A stretch of DNA of 64,000 nt from a virus: the IMG/VR virus record IMGVR_UViG_3300005264_000040, positions 113,769 to 177,768 of that record. One strand, 5' to 3'. Made by a program: the position numbers and the translations under genes. Each line of letters opens with the position of its first letter. Within the stretch, counting starts at the first letter, position 1. This document shows positions 30,001 to 38,538 of the stretch, piece after piece. The notes under the pieces were generated by a model. That model was not told where the DNA came from, did no database searches, and saw nothing but the letters and a program-made list of their open reading frames with translations.

Positions 30001-32457
30001 AGGTTCTTGAAGTTTAGTAATAGCAGCTTGTTCAGGCAAATCTCCTACTTGACTTATATTTTTCCCGGTTACATCATATTCTGTTTCGCCTACTTGTTCT
30101 ACAAGCAAATGTCCATCATATGAATACCAATCTTTAGAAGCTTCAAAAACTTCTACTGTTTCATTTATACAATGTTGGTACATATTTGCTATTTCAAATG
30201 ATTTATCAATTTCGCTTACAATTGAATTAATTGCATCTATGTTTATTTTCTTATTTATTCCGTAAATAGCTACAAAACACTCTATATTTTTAGTTTTTTC
30301 TGAAAATTGTGATAAATCATCCAATGATATAAACATTGTATTACCATCACAACTATTAATTTGAGTTTCAATATTTTGTTGTTTTTTCCATGTTCCTATA
30401 AATTCTGAATCTATAGAAATATTCGAAAAATGTTTTATATAAGATTCAAAAAATAAACTTGTTTCTGAATACATTATATTTGTCAAATTTATAGGCAATT
30501 CATAAAGACCTCGGACTGTATGTAAAAAAACATCTAATTCATTTTCTGTTTGACCTTTTTTTGTTGCAAAAGAATCAAGAGTTATATCCTGCACTGTAAC
30601 ACTTTTTATTGTTTCATATATATTTGTAGGATAAGTTAAAAAGTTTTCATCAAATTCTTTAATTTCAAATCCATATTCGGAAACGGTTATAGGATGAACA
30701 GATGCCCCTCTTCCAGTATAAACATTTCTTCCAAAAGAAATTGCTGCCAAAAATTGGGTATTAGCAACATACGAAGTTAAATCTAAATCAAACACATAAT
30801 CATCAACATACATTCTCCATTTATTTTCTTCATCTAATTTTAACCCTATTTCTAAAGTATCTCCTTCTTTTTTTGACAATAAATGATTTATCAAAGGATG
30901 CGGACCGGACGCGTGAGCATCATATCCATATATTTCATTGTTATTATAACTTACTCTAATTGAATCTAATTCATCACCATGTCCAGCCATCCACCAAAAA
31001 TAAAGTCTAGGATATCCTGCGTAATTTGTAGTTCCGTCTGGAGCATCAAATGAAAATCCTATTCTTTCTTGATTGTCAAAGAAATTGTCTCTTGAAAAAT
31101 CTTTATCTAAATATAATTTTACATAAACTTTCTTTAAATTAGAAACTAATAATTGATTATCGTTATGAGGACGAAAAGCAAAATTCCATCTTTCATCGTT
31201 CCACGCAAAATAAGTACTAGAAGCAAGTTGCAAATCTTCTTTTGCTAATTTGTTTTCTTTGAAAGTTTTTACAGTTCCAATAGTTGATTTAGTAAAAGTT
31301 GCTCCATTAAAAGTTTCAAGTTTATTTCTGAAGTCTGGCACTTTCTCTGTATGATGATAAATTTTCAAATAGCCATCTGAGTAAAATAATAATGTATCGT
31401 TATTTTCATCTATTGCTTGAAAATAAAAAGCTGAATTGTCCTCATTGCTATTAATAAAAGAAATATCCGAAAATGAAAATTCGGTAGGAGAAAACGTATT
31501 ATTTACAGCGTCATATTTGTAAAGAGTATTATCTAATCCGTAGTACAAAGTGTTATTTATAAAGGTTCCATGTTGAACTTCGCCAGTAAGGCTACGAGCC
31601 AACCAAACGCTTAAATCACTGTAATTAAGTATCAAATATCCTTCGTTTAATAGAATAACTATTCTGTCATTTACTGTTTCTTGAAAAAGAATTTTATATA
31701 CATAATTATTGCCTACAGTTTCTGTAGTAGGATTATATTTTATAACTGTTATTTTTTCGTCACTAGTATAATTTAAAATTATAAATTCTCCTGTTTTAGT
31801 TTTTATCAATTCTCTACGGGGACTAGTAACATTTGTAGAAGGATAATTTTGAGAAAATTTTTCTGTTACTGTCCCTGAACTATAATCAATTTTTAAAAGT
31901 TTTACACTCTTCGAAACTTCATCAGAAAAAGCAAAATAAGCTATATTGTTTTCTAAAACCGGAGTTCTATAAGATATACGATAAACTGAATTTATATTGT
32001 ATGGAACGGTAATCTTCGAACTTTCATCTATTGTATGGTCTGATAACAAATCATACAATTCAAATCCATTTTCAGTTATAGCAATACCTTTGTTATTTAA
32101 TTTGTCAATAGTAAAAAAAGTGGAAGAATTAAAACTCAAAGTTTGTATTACATTTACCTGAGAATTATTCCAGTCATACTCCAAAATAAATACTTCATAA
32201 AATTTATTAGAAGAATCATCTTTTTCATATACAAATGCTAAAAATCTTGAATCTCCTAAACTTATAGCGTTTTGAAGATATAAAGCAGTTAAATTAGTTG
32301 CTTGAAGCGGCAGAGAAAAGGTTATTTTATTGTTCGTTAAAGGATCTACTAAATAAAACTCATTTGTAGTTCCAAGGTAATTTCGAACTAATATATACGA
32401 ATCAATTTGGAAAATATAAGTGTTCGAAAGGTTCGAATCATAATATTTGGCAATCAT
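24019..32457 (-). CDS. Giant fibre/adhesin: beta-propeller-like N-terminus, several ConA/LamG-like modules, a DUF2341-like segment, 14-aa repeat shaft and IND anchor motif
   Basis: About 2812 aa. LamG signature KIYDLKIW...SYVFNEGYGYKVYD; repeated h-x-h-K/R...YVD/YID strands; LQYS repeats at 14-15-aa spacing; C-terminal LEVKFTEDLTTINDSFDNE. Confidence 0.65.
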   Translation of the reverse strand: MIAKYYDSNLSNTYIFQIDSYILVRNYLGTTNEFYLVDPLTNNKITFSLPLQATNLTALYLQNAISLGDSRFLAFVYEKDDSSNKFYEVFILEYDWNNSQVNVIQTLSFNSSTFFTIDKLNNKGIAITENGFELYDLLSDHTIDESSKITVPYNINSVYRISYRTPVLENNIAYFAFSDEVSKSVKLLKIDYSSGTVTEKFSQNYPSTNVTSPRRELIKTKTGEFIILNYTSDEKITVIKYNPTTETVGNNYVYKILFQETVNDRIVILLNEGYLILNYSDLSVWLARSLTGEVQHGTFINNTLYYGLDNTLYKYDAVNNTFSPTEFSFSDISFINSNEDNSAFYFQAIDENNDTLLFYSDGYLKIYHHTEKVPDFRNKLETFNGATFTKSTIGTVKTFKENKLAKEDLQLASSTYFAWNDERWNFAFRPHNDNQLLVSNLKKVYVKLYLDKDFSRDNFFDNQERIGFSFDAPDGTTNYAGYPRLYFWWMAGHGDELDSIRVSYNNNEIYGYDAHASGPHPLINHLLSKKEGDTLEIGLKLDEENKWRMYVDDYVFDLDLTSYVANTQFLAAISFGRNVYTGRGASVHPITVSEYGFEIKEFDENFLTYPTNIYETIKSVTVQDITLDSFATKKGQTENELDVFLHTVRGLYELPINLTNIMYSETSLFFESYIKHFSNISIDSEFIGTWKKQQNIETQINSCDGNTMFISLDDLSQFSEKTKNIECFVAIYGINKKINIDAINSIVSEIDKSFEIANMYQHCINETVEVFEASKDWYSYDGHLLVEQVGETEYDVTGKNISQVGDLPEQAAITKLQEPISLRRYGSTEIELDLLFKNEGTYCYLYYFKDGLQLYFDQTDDHNFNFDKSIGVGIYSPYMYNGRFDYAAFVGNSVVKTIDFRQIDNPETGEPLPVIPSGQHLKLKIKIENRIAYYYIYDVLIHTQTIPEGVSELTHIGLRFNRLAYGFYLYRYQIQSLKVTRHVSEPYFDIMINTLGMQTTQNLDVNVNGYSSTSKEISEVAPLLVHNKTFVNFTEGYWKTDFNSNAEPLITEIGFNGKNEPIFEMEHPVWNNYIYSDEDKYISAAFKFEGSNKLNLVSFKNGDYFYFKHHHKADSLVELKYLSIAAGLAFSNEENTNIVASPKRLRWFFASGHGGNIDTSVIYLNDEIIEDTVNIEIFETATDLLWGLEKENGILYFVMKDADTNEYVFKYDLSETITNPKDYTLDWLYYENDAYGTYSQYKMKLNGIDTNISTDTKKPFDVRVYVPVSLEISTDFSDLIQMPVRENNISLSYYPLVNARQFFDIVVNTTDLGTSIFVEGQTKQYNNKEIPIDAYVQSLNYPLKYDRKIKDIQTPLKAKYLIESPVNRESVMLKIPEQFFVERFGFNLNDMTNISVVKPDGSVVPAVVTDNATYIGPVNLTTGLNEFWIQPNTNKSFTTYERHIDYWAYDTILNTYFKELPNAKLIYHNTFLEIDEKPASYNDLSNAGIIYEFDNEFTEDFVLDLPKMEWADSIDAVRGLGVVLKDGTEYLLVAEDNASNDGNYDSLKVYKVTSTNPDGVVVANVDIFPDDDININKSASFKIQRIDGSTNFYINNELIFTTDAITQNATAVKIINAVYSTTDNGPIAIRPYVQAFQPFKGIQFNSDYILTVPLENIDKTNKDYTIYAKAYWNSVANAAGLISIKNEAAAPSEEYQSQENDFIQLNDAPAVGLHDIVVKRINGEYHLYIDGTEIDITTAETDVPVSINLIGYVPDNYFLDKIYDLKIWEADVEPASADATNLIASYVFNEGYGYKVYDGVNDVTGEIVGDPTWLTKETEYYTWLKSIKELNTDVILLQYSATNNLAESAVLQTTVLSEAVQTNALQYSLLNSNIDLADMLQYTKILNQLTEYTLQHSMKSSEVALLLKLYSSEFVDFDVVMNQYNQLKNDLDTISLQVGHVPLTVEDSNTLQRSEYTKFFDVMMMPTEQYSLYIGNYTLHVGLSSEIDVDVFNSQYSIYDLQVAAETLQHTLEKLDFESLTKQFSEYLLSVYSEMKTYSHTDINIDNSVMVSGLSSSLLLDNEILQHSLAQTNIESSDLWHQNIEYSIFFNATVTSYELFNLFIDTKSKITGLSDTKDIYVDFLQYTITEQIMELEMYQNLRRSVHLIANNLISSDTDNILESIINGYVLQQNLIESYYVTLLKNQIENATMQAITSIKDIVAKEYVSHSLETPFNVQNLIHTALDAMDLEVTNSVFSLLEKTIETEMLQFTELTNSIESTEYASLLYSTIFDTNIEAETNESVRINLQLVQAGILSSISGDIYNSIWSKESQDITSELYSYIGQKFDIEAIPVHLMGTNIEFDSVHYIYGIQTTQDIDTIELQWSKYTLSTEAEMYVSHLLESQFDINILDYTLISNIFEAEIVAATQVLEYPLDVFNYIYGLSSSINVETENTQYSKTENIIESHIIVINPAKISDIVSEMFQKSSINNNFDVYGMILDITKQIELESTAYILGLKSEIDIDNIIKQTSVYDKAIFNYFLSYGTLMKYIESIVFNLAIASSRYLDTQVFVFGEESTKFISSINSIFLEEHQNIDIYNLSFELLENIILNKTLQNSIYTNIFDIDILSYSQYSLDLDIYNNINSFKQLLIEGYSLADIDHQKLITCQQLPEKSIDVDLDTYIATNDTKINRLDAFMNQFYKQNTNAKFMSNLRQLMQADKPIDSILSGANTAISVTIFKNNANAQLELTINGKKLLIEAGQTVKVYGWWKEVMTNYSTIITDVHMNDNHLFHSDFGWLEVKFTEDLTTINDSFDNETIVYMRDNLIPYYRG

Positions 32458-32497
32458 ACACAAAACCCCCTTGTAGATTTTAATATTTCATATGGTT

Positions 32498-32528
32498 ATT
32501 ATATCATAAATCAAGTTATCGATGTTAA
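32498..32528 (-). promoter_or_regulatory. Variant promoter TTAACA-N16-TGATATAAT
   Basis: attatatca 32498-32506; tgttaa 32523-32528. Confidence 0.65.
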
Positions 32529-32532
32529 TAAC

Positions 32533-32559
32533 AAAAAACCGGGAGCATATCAGCTCCCG
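32533..32559 (-). terminator. Intrinsic terminator
   Basis: cgggagc/gctcccg stem followed by a T6 run on the minus strand. Confidence 0.75.
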
Positions 32560-32565
32560 AATATA

Positions 32566-35500
32566 TTACCACATAGTTCCTTCTTTTATTTCATTGATAT
32601 AATCAGAATAATCAAGTTCTCTTGTGTCTCTTTCATCGTTTATTATAGTTGTGACATACCCATAAATAACATCTATTTTCGCATATTTATTAATATAAAT
32701 TTCTTTTCCGTTATCTACATATTTTATTTTTCTTATATATTGTCTTACGTTAGGATATGCTAAGAAGAAATCTTCCCATTTCAACATAGAAGATACTCCC
32801 CAACGCGGAACTCCTATTACATATTTTCCAGCAACCATTCTTACATCTTTAGAACTGTGATTGAGGAATAGAGTAGCTTTTTTCTTTATAACTTTTACTA
32901 CAGTCACATTAATTCCTTTCATTATTCTATGGTGAGTTAAAATGTTTGCTAATTCCATTGGATGTTCTTTTTTACTATGATGCATTTCCATTCCTTCAAT
33001 GAGATTTTCGGTTTTTATACCACAATGCTTAGGAACACTTTCTATACTATTTTCAGAAACAGAAGTTTGGAAAATGCTATTTTCTAAAACATTAGAATGA
33101 GTTACAATTATCATTAATGGTGCATTTTCGCTTAATTCAATATTTTGTTTTACGTAGGCAGATATCAAAGAATATTCAATAGGATGTTTTGCATTCCTTA
33201 TTAACCATAATTGCCATTCAAAATCTTTTTCGTCTTCAGAGTGCTGTAATACATATCCATCAAAAGTTTTAGATAAATGTCCAGCCATTACAACTCTTGA
33301 ACTTAACCAATTTGCAGTTTGAATATCATCCCAAAGTACTACACTTTCAATGTTTCTTTCAGAAGAAATACCTTGCCAATACAATGGAGCATTTAGAATA
33401 TTCCTTTTTCTAATTGCATATTGAGTTGCAATAGGTAAATCTATATCTATTTGCGTACTGAAATGTGACCATATTATCATATCAATTGGAATGTCTGCTT
33501 TTATGTAAGTATTGAGGTTTGAAATAGTTAAATATGCATTATTAGGATTATTAGGCCCTGAATCGGTTATAGTTATTTCTACACCTTTTAAATCCATAAT
33601 TTTATATTCTGGTTTGTTGTATTCTATTAGTTGTGCATGCGTTATAGAATTACTATTTTCATCCCTTAAAGTGTAATTAAATATTACCCCATTGCTTAAA
33701 TGTTTCAAAGTTAGTTTTACATGTATGTTTTGAGAAGTGGAAGCAAATCCATTCAAATTAGTTGTAGTTCTGTTTTTGGATAATTGGTCGTATTCTAGGA
33801 TTGGTTTATAGGAAGTTCCAAAAGGAATAAAGTAACGCAAAATCCCATCAAACCAACTTATAATTTGATTTATACTATAATCAATATTTAAATCAGCACT
33901 TACAAGAGGAACTTCCTTATTCCAGGATAACCTTGTAATCATATGGAATGGAGCATCCAATTGTCCAAATGGCACTTCAGAATGTATATCAAATTCTAAT
34001 GTAAATTGCAAATTCTTTAATGGACCGCTTAATGGAGTTTCTTTATATAATGTCAAATCTTCTCTATCAGTAAAATCTAGAGAAATCGCATTTCCATTTA
34101 TTATTACAGGTCCAGTAGCATTCCAGTTTTCATAATCATTTAGTTTGTGTATTGTAAAATAATTGCAAACTACATGTTGATACAGATCAGCAAACTCAAA
34201 TGTGTTTTCTTTCGAAACAGGAATAACTCGTATTAAATCTAACCATGGTTGTGGTTCTGGTTTTATATCTGTAATCTTCACCATACAGTCAATCATATTT
34301 GCATTTGAAGAAACACGTTGGATTAAATTAGCAAACTCCATATTTTTTTCTTTATGTTGCAGCCAAGACACATGAGATATTATAGTAATTTCGTTCGATA
34401 ATCCAAAGTGTTTTGGAGTTGAATCAAGTTTTGTCATTTGGGTTGAACGTTGCAATTGATTAGCTAATATAACATATAAAAATCTTTCAACTAAATCAGC
34501 TGCATAAATATCCATATCTATTTTTCTTTCAATATTTGGCCACAAACGATTTGCTTCAAATGACAATTCTTTTTTGTGTAAGTGCCAAATATCCGAAGAA
34601 ACAATGTTTAAATCCCGTGTCATAAAGTATGTTCTAACAGCATCTATTATTGGTGGTTTATTATAACCTGCGTAAAAATTCATATTTTTTAAATAAATAG
34701 GTTGTAGGCTTGTTAGATTTTTTGCGTCAAATTCTATTCCAAATTCTACTATATCTATAAATTTCTTTTTAAAGAAATTATCAGTTGATAAATCGGTTCC
34801 TACACTGTTTGATGTATTTAAAGAATCATCAATTCTATATCTATAACCAACAATATTTTTTAATCTGAAATCAGTTTTTATACCTATAGTATGCGAATAA
34901 TTAGTAGTACCCCATGTTCTAATCCTATTACCATTAGGATCATCAATATACATACTTGCTCCATAATAAGTACTTAAACTGTTTATACCATATTTATAAA
35001 CATAACCTTCTGAATCTTTAAAATAAACATACATAGCTGAAGCGTCAGTAAAAGGCATATAATAAGTAACATCAAACATTATCCTGTGAAATTTAAGAAT
35101 AGAAAATCTTTTATACATAGGAAATTTGATATACCCTTTTGTAAAACCATTTTCCAAATCTACTTTTATTTCTAAACCATCTTCGGTATAATTATAAATT
35201 AATCCTTCAATTGTAGAACTGGAAGGTAGTTGTTGCTGTATCAAATCCAAATTCATTTCTTCGTAATCATTTGGTTTTACTGAATATAAAACCTCTAAAT
35301 AACAATCAATAGGTACCTGTTGTGTTAGTGCTTGGTATGTTTTTATTAGCCCCGTAGGGATATCAATAGAACGTATGATTGAAGGTCTTTGAATCATGAC
35401 ATCTATTGTGTTTGGGTTTTGGATTTGAATGGAAAATTCTTTTAACCATATAGTATCTCTATCAATATGACTAATCCAAATCTGTACATTTTTTAAATTC

Positions 35501-38500
35501 GCGCTTCCTATTACTTCATAAGGCATTTCTCCTATCTTTATTCCATTTACATATGCTTCATATATTTTGTTGGAATATTTTACTAAAAATACTAATTCCT
35601 CTGAATTTTGATCATTTATAACCATATCTAATTCTGGTAATTGTGTTGGGAGATTATAATCAGTTCTCCAACCTACAATACCAATTTCGTTAGGTGGATA
35701 ACTCCATTGAAATGATGTACGAGCAATATTTAACCCCATTTTTTTTATTGAAATATTATGTAGATCTGGTTCAAATCCAACATAGAAAGCTGTATCATTT
35801 GAAAAACCTAAGAAAACTCCAAATTCAAAATCAGGATTATTCATTAATTTCTCTTTATCGATTCTGAAAACAGTTACGTATTTTATTTCAGAATCAAAAT
35901 CATTCATTGGATTTATCTGTGCAGAAACTGGCAAGTTATATTTCCATGAACCTCTAAAATTAAAATAATACCAAACTAACATATAGTCCCCATGGGATAC
36001 ATGCTTTATTTTTTCAAAAGTATTTAATGTTGGATCTATATTAAAAATACAGATAGAACCATCACTTTCGTCCTTATAATAATTAATATTTGGAGTTAAT
36101 TTACTCCATGGATAAAAAGCAAATGAATCTATAGGAGTTCCAAAATATATTTCAGCATCAAAAAAAGGTGCCCCATTTACAATATTCAAATATATTGGAT
36201 GACAATAAAACATATCTAAAGAATGTGTTCCTACTTGGCTAACATAAGCTTCCATTACATTTTCAGTTTTAGAATATTGAGAAACATCTATATCAAGGAC
36301 TTCAAGGTTCAGCCATGCTACTATATTTTCCATAGTTTTTAAAATAATGCCTATAACAGCAAATGTAGATATGTAACCAGCAAAAGAGAAAGATTGAACT
36401 TTTATATTTGTAAGTTCATTAAATTGATAAAAACCATCAGTTAAATCTCCTTCAATTCTAAGATTATTTACATACATAAATATACGGCCATCTTCTTCTT
36501 TTTTTAAATGGAGATAAATAGAATCTCCGTCTTTTAAAAAATTTAAATAATCAAGCACATCTTGCGCATTCGTTATTTCAATGTCTGTATATACTCCATC
36601 TTTCCTATAATATAAACGTTGATTTACTATAAGAGGATTCCCATCTTGCACATTAGTAGTTTCAAAAGTATATACAATAATATTGTCATAATAAAGCATA
36701 TAAGTTCCATTAGGTTTCCAATTTGGATTATCAAATTCATATATTATACCTATTTTTTTTATATCGTTATTTTTATAATTTTTCAATTGATAAACAAAAC
36801 CGAATTCTTTGAATTTTTCAACTGTTAATTTTTTTGGCAATGTATAATTATTATTGCTATAATAATCGTATGTCCATGAAATAATATTTGGATACATATA
36901 AATCTTTTCGAATAAAGCATTTTCATTAAAATATGTTCCATAATAATGATTTTCAATTGGGGCATGACCCCACATAAAGAAATGAGTTTCATTTACTTTA
37001 GGGAATTCTGTTAATCTTTGTTTCAAATTAGAATTTTTTGTCTCGTTTTGTGTAAAATGCACTACTTTACAATCAATTGGTATTTCTTCTTTGTTTCCTG
37101 AAATCATTATCGAACTTTCAAAATATATATCGTTTATTTCAAGTTTAACTCCAAATTTATAATCGGCAGAACGTGAATACCTTACTGAAGTATATGCTAT
37201 ACCATAAATTCTATCTGTATCATCTACATAAGTAGTAATATCAAAAGATGCATACTCATTTTGTTCATCTATTGATAAAATTTTGAAATAATATTTTTCG
37301 TTTATTTTTGATATTTTCATTACTACTTGCTCGTCGTACAAAGGATCGAACCAAAAAGTTTCATCTCCTATTGATATAAATCTTCCCGAAAAATAAGGTT
37401 TGTTATAAGAATTTCCATTGTTCAATGTAAATGCAATGTGCTTTCCTTCCCATGGATTATCAAAATTATCACTTAGCAAAAACCATAACCTTATATAAGT
37501 ATATGTGTTTGAATTATAATTTTCATGATTGTAATAAATTTTAAAGTTTTCTAGTGGTATCAAAAAATTAAATTTATGGGCAAATATAATTTTATTTTTA
37601 GACCAAGAATAAGGCCATGCAGCTGGTCTTATATTTGAAAATTGGACTTCATATTCATTGTAATAATCAATGTAATTTTCATAATCACTCCTGTAATCGG
37701 TTTTTGGAGTAGCTGCCATTTTTCCTACAGTTGTTTGTTGGAACATTTCAGGTAATATAAATGTATTGCTCATCCTTGGCATAACGATACTTTTTAAGGA
37801 ACCTCTATCTTTAAATTTTACATACAATTTTGTTGTTTGTGCGGAAAAATCATAACGTGATTCATATCCTATTGTAGTTATGTAATTATATTGTTCTAAA
37901 GCATCATGAATTTCAAATTCTTTGAAAAATATTCCATCTACATGATAATACCATCTTTCATATTCATCTCTTTTTATACCTATTCTGAACGTATCCCCTG
38001 CATGCAATGACATTAAATGCTGATTAATAGGATGATCCGGATTATCATAAAAAATAGAATCAGTATAAACATTTCTAGTTGCAATTATCCTATCTACAGG
38101 TTTTTCCTGGTTGTTGTTTGTAGTACCAATTTCAAATTCAAAATATTGTGGTGGAACGCTATCTGTATATTTATTAAAATTATCGCAATCAAATGTAATT
38201 CCTAGCAAACTCATTTGCCAATTTTCATAAGTGAAATCTTCATTGATTTGAATTTCTAAACTTACTTCTTCTAAATCTTTTAATATTAATGGAGTATGAT
38301 TCCAACCATCTTGCCATGTTCTTAACATAAAATCATACCATGACCAAAGACTTCTATCCCCATCTTTTTCTATTATTAATGTTTGAACAAACTCCGAATT
38401 ACTTATTCTACTCCATGTAGGGGCTAACTCAAAATAATGCACTGTACCGTTATAATATCCTCCATAATCTCTATAATCTCCCGCAAAAAAACTTGTAGCT

Positions 38501-38532
38501 ATAGGAGTATATACATTAGCTAAATTTGGCAT
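32566..38532 (-). CDS. Giant fibre/adhesin paralogue with multiple lectin-like modules and IND anchor motif
   Basis: 1988 aa. HPINQHLMSLHAGDTFRIGIKRDEYERWYYHVDG aligns with HPLINHLLSKKEGDTLEIGLKLDEENKWRMYVDD of 24019..32457. C-terminal IDVIYGYVTTIINDERDTREL. Confidence 0.65.
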   Translation of the reverse strand: MPNLANVYTPIATSFFAGDYRDYGGYYNGTVHYFELAPTWSRISNSEFVQTLIIEKDGDRSLWSWYDFMLRTWQDGWNHTPLILKDLEEVSLEIQINEDFTYENWQMSLLGITFDCDNFNKYTDSVPPQYFEFEIGTTNNNQEKPVDRIIATRNVYTDSIFYDNPDHPINQHLMSLHAGDTFRIGIKRDEYERWYYHVDGIFFKEFEIHDALEQYNYITTIGYESRYDFSAQTTKLYVKFKDRGSLKSIVMPRMSNTFILPEMFQQTTVGKMAATPKTDYRSDYENYIDYYNEYEVQFSNIRPAAWPYSWSKNKIIFAHKFNFLIPLENFKIYYNHENYNSNTYTYIRLWFLLSDNFDNPWEGKHIAFTLNNGNSYNKPYFSGRFISIGDETFWFDPLYDEQVVMKISKINEKYYFKILSIDEQNEYASFDITTYVDDTDRIYGIAYTSVRYSRSADYKFGVKLEINDIYFESSIMISGNKEEIPIDCKVVHFTQNETKNSNLKQRLTEFPKVNETHFFMWGHAPIENHYYGTYFNENALFEKIYMYPNIISWTYDYYSNNNYTLPKKLTVEKFKEFGFVYQLKNYKNNDIKKIGIIYEFDNPNWKPNGTYMLYYDNIIVYTFETTNVQDGNPLIVNQRLYYRKDGVYTDIEITNAQDVLDYLNFLKDGDSIYLHLKKEEDGRIFMYVNNLRIEGDLTDGFYQFNELTNIKVQSFSFAGYISTFAVIGIILKTMENIVAWLNLEVLDIDVSQYSKTENVMEAYVSQVGTHSLDMFYCHPIYLNIVNGAPFFDAEIYFGTPIDSFAFYPWSKLTPNINYYKDESDGSICIFNIDPTLNTFEKIKHVSHGDYMLVWYYFNFRGSWKYNLPVSAQINPMNDFDSEIKYVTVFRIDKEKLMNNPDFEFGVFLGFSNDTAFYVGFEPDLHNISIKKMGLNIARTSFQWSYPPNEIGIVGWRTDYNLPTQLPELDMVINDQNSEELVFLVKYSNKIYEAYVNGIKIGEMPYEVIGSANLKNVQIWISHIDRDTIWLKEFSIQIQNPNTIDVMIQRPSIIRSIDIPTGLIKTYQALTQQVPIDCYLEVLYSVKPNDYEEMNLDLIQQQLPSSSTIEGLIYNYTEDGLEIKVDLENGFTKGYIKFPMYKRFSILKFHRIMFDVTYYMPFTDASAMYVYFKDSEGYVYKYGINSLSTYYGASMYIDDPNGNRIRTWGTTNYSHTIGIKTDFRLKNIVGYRYRIDDSLNTSNSVGTDLSTDNFFKKKFIDIVEFGIEFDAKNLTSLQPIYLKNMNFYAGYNKPPIIDAVRTYFMTRDLNIVSSDIWHLHKKELSFEANRLWPNIERKIDMDIYAADLVERFLYVILANQLQRSTQMTKLDSTPKHFGLSNEITIISHVSWLQHKEKNMEFANLIQRVSSNANMIDCMVKITDIKPEPQPWLDLIRVIPVSKENTFEFADLYQHVVCNYFTIHKLNDYENWNATGPVIINGNAISLDFTDREDLTLYKETPLSGPLKNLQFTLEFDIHSEVPFGQLDAPFHMITRLSWNKEVPLVSADLNIDYSINQIISWFDGILRYFIPFGTSYKPILEYDQLSKNRTTTNLNGFASTSQNIHVKLTLKHLSNGVIFNYTLRDENSNSITHAQLIEYNKPEYKIMDLKGVEITITDSGPNNPNNAYLTISNLNTYIKADIPIDMIIWSHFSTQIDIDLPIATQYAIRKRNILNAPLYWQGISSERNIESVVLWDDIQTANWLSSRVVMAGHLSKTFDGYVLQHSEDEKDFEWQLWLIRNAKHPIEYSLISAYVKQNIELSENAPLMIIVTHSNVLENSIFQTSVSENSIESVPKHCGIKTENLIEGMEMHHSKKEHPMELANILTHHRIMKGINVTVVKVIKKKATLFLNHSSKDVRMVAGKYVIGVPRWGVSSMLKWEDFFLAYPNVRQYIRKIKYVDNGKEIYINKYAKIDVIYGYVTTIINDERDTRELDYSDYINEIKEGTMW

Positions 38533-38538
38533 ATTCTA

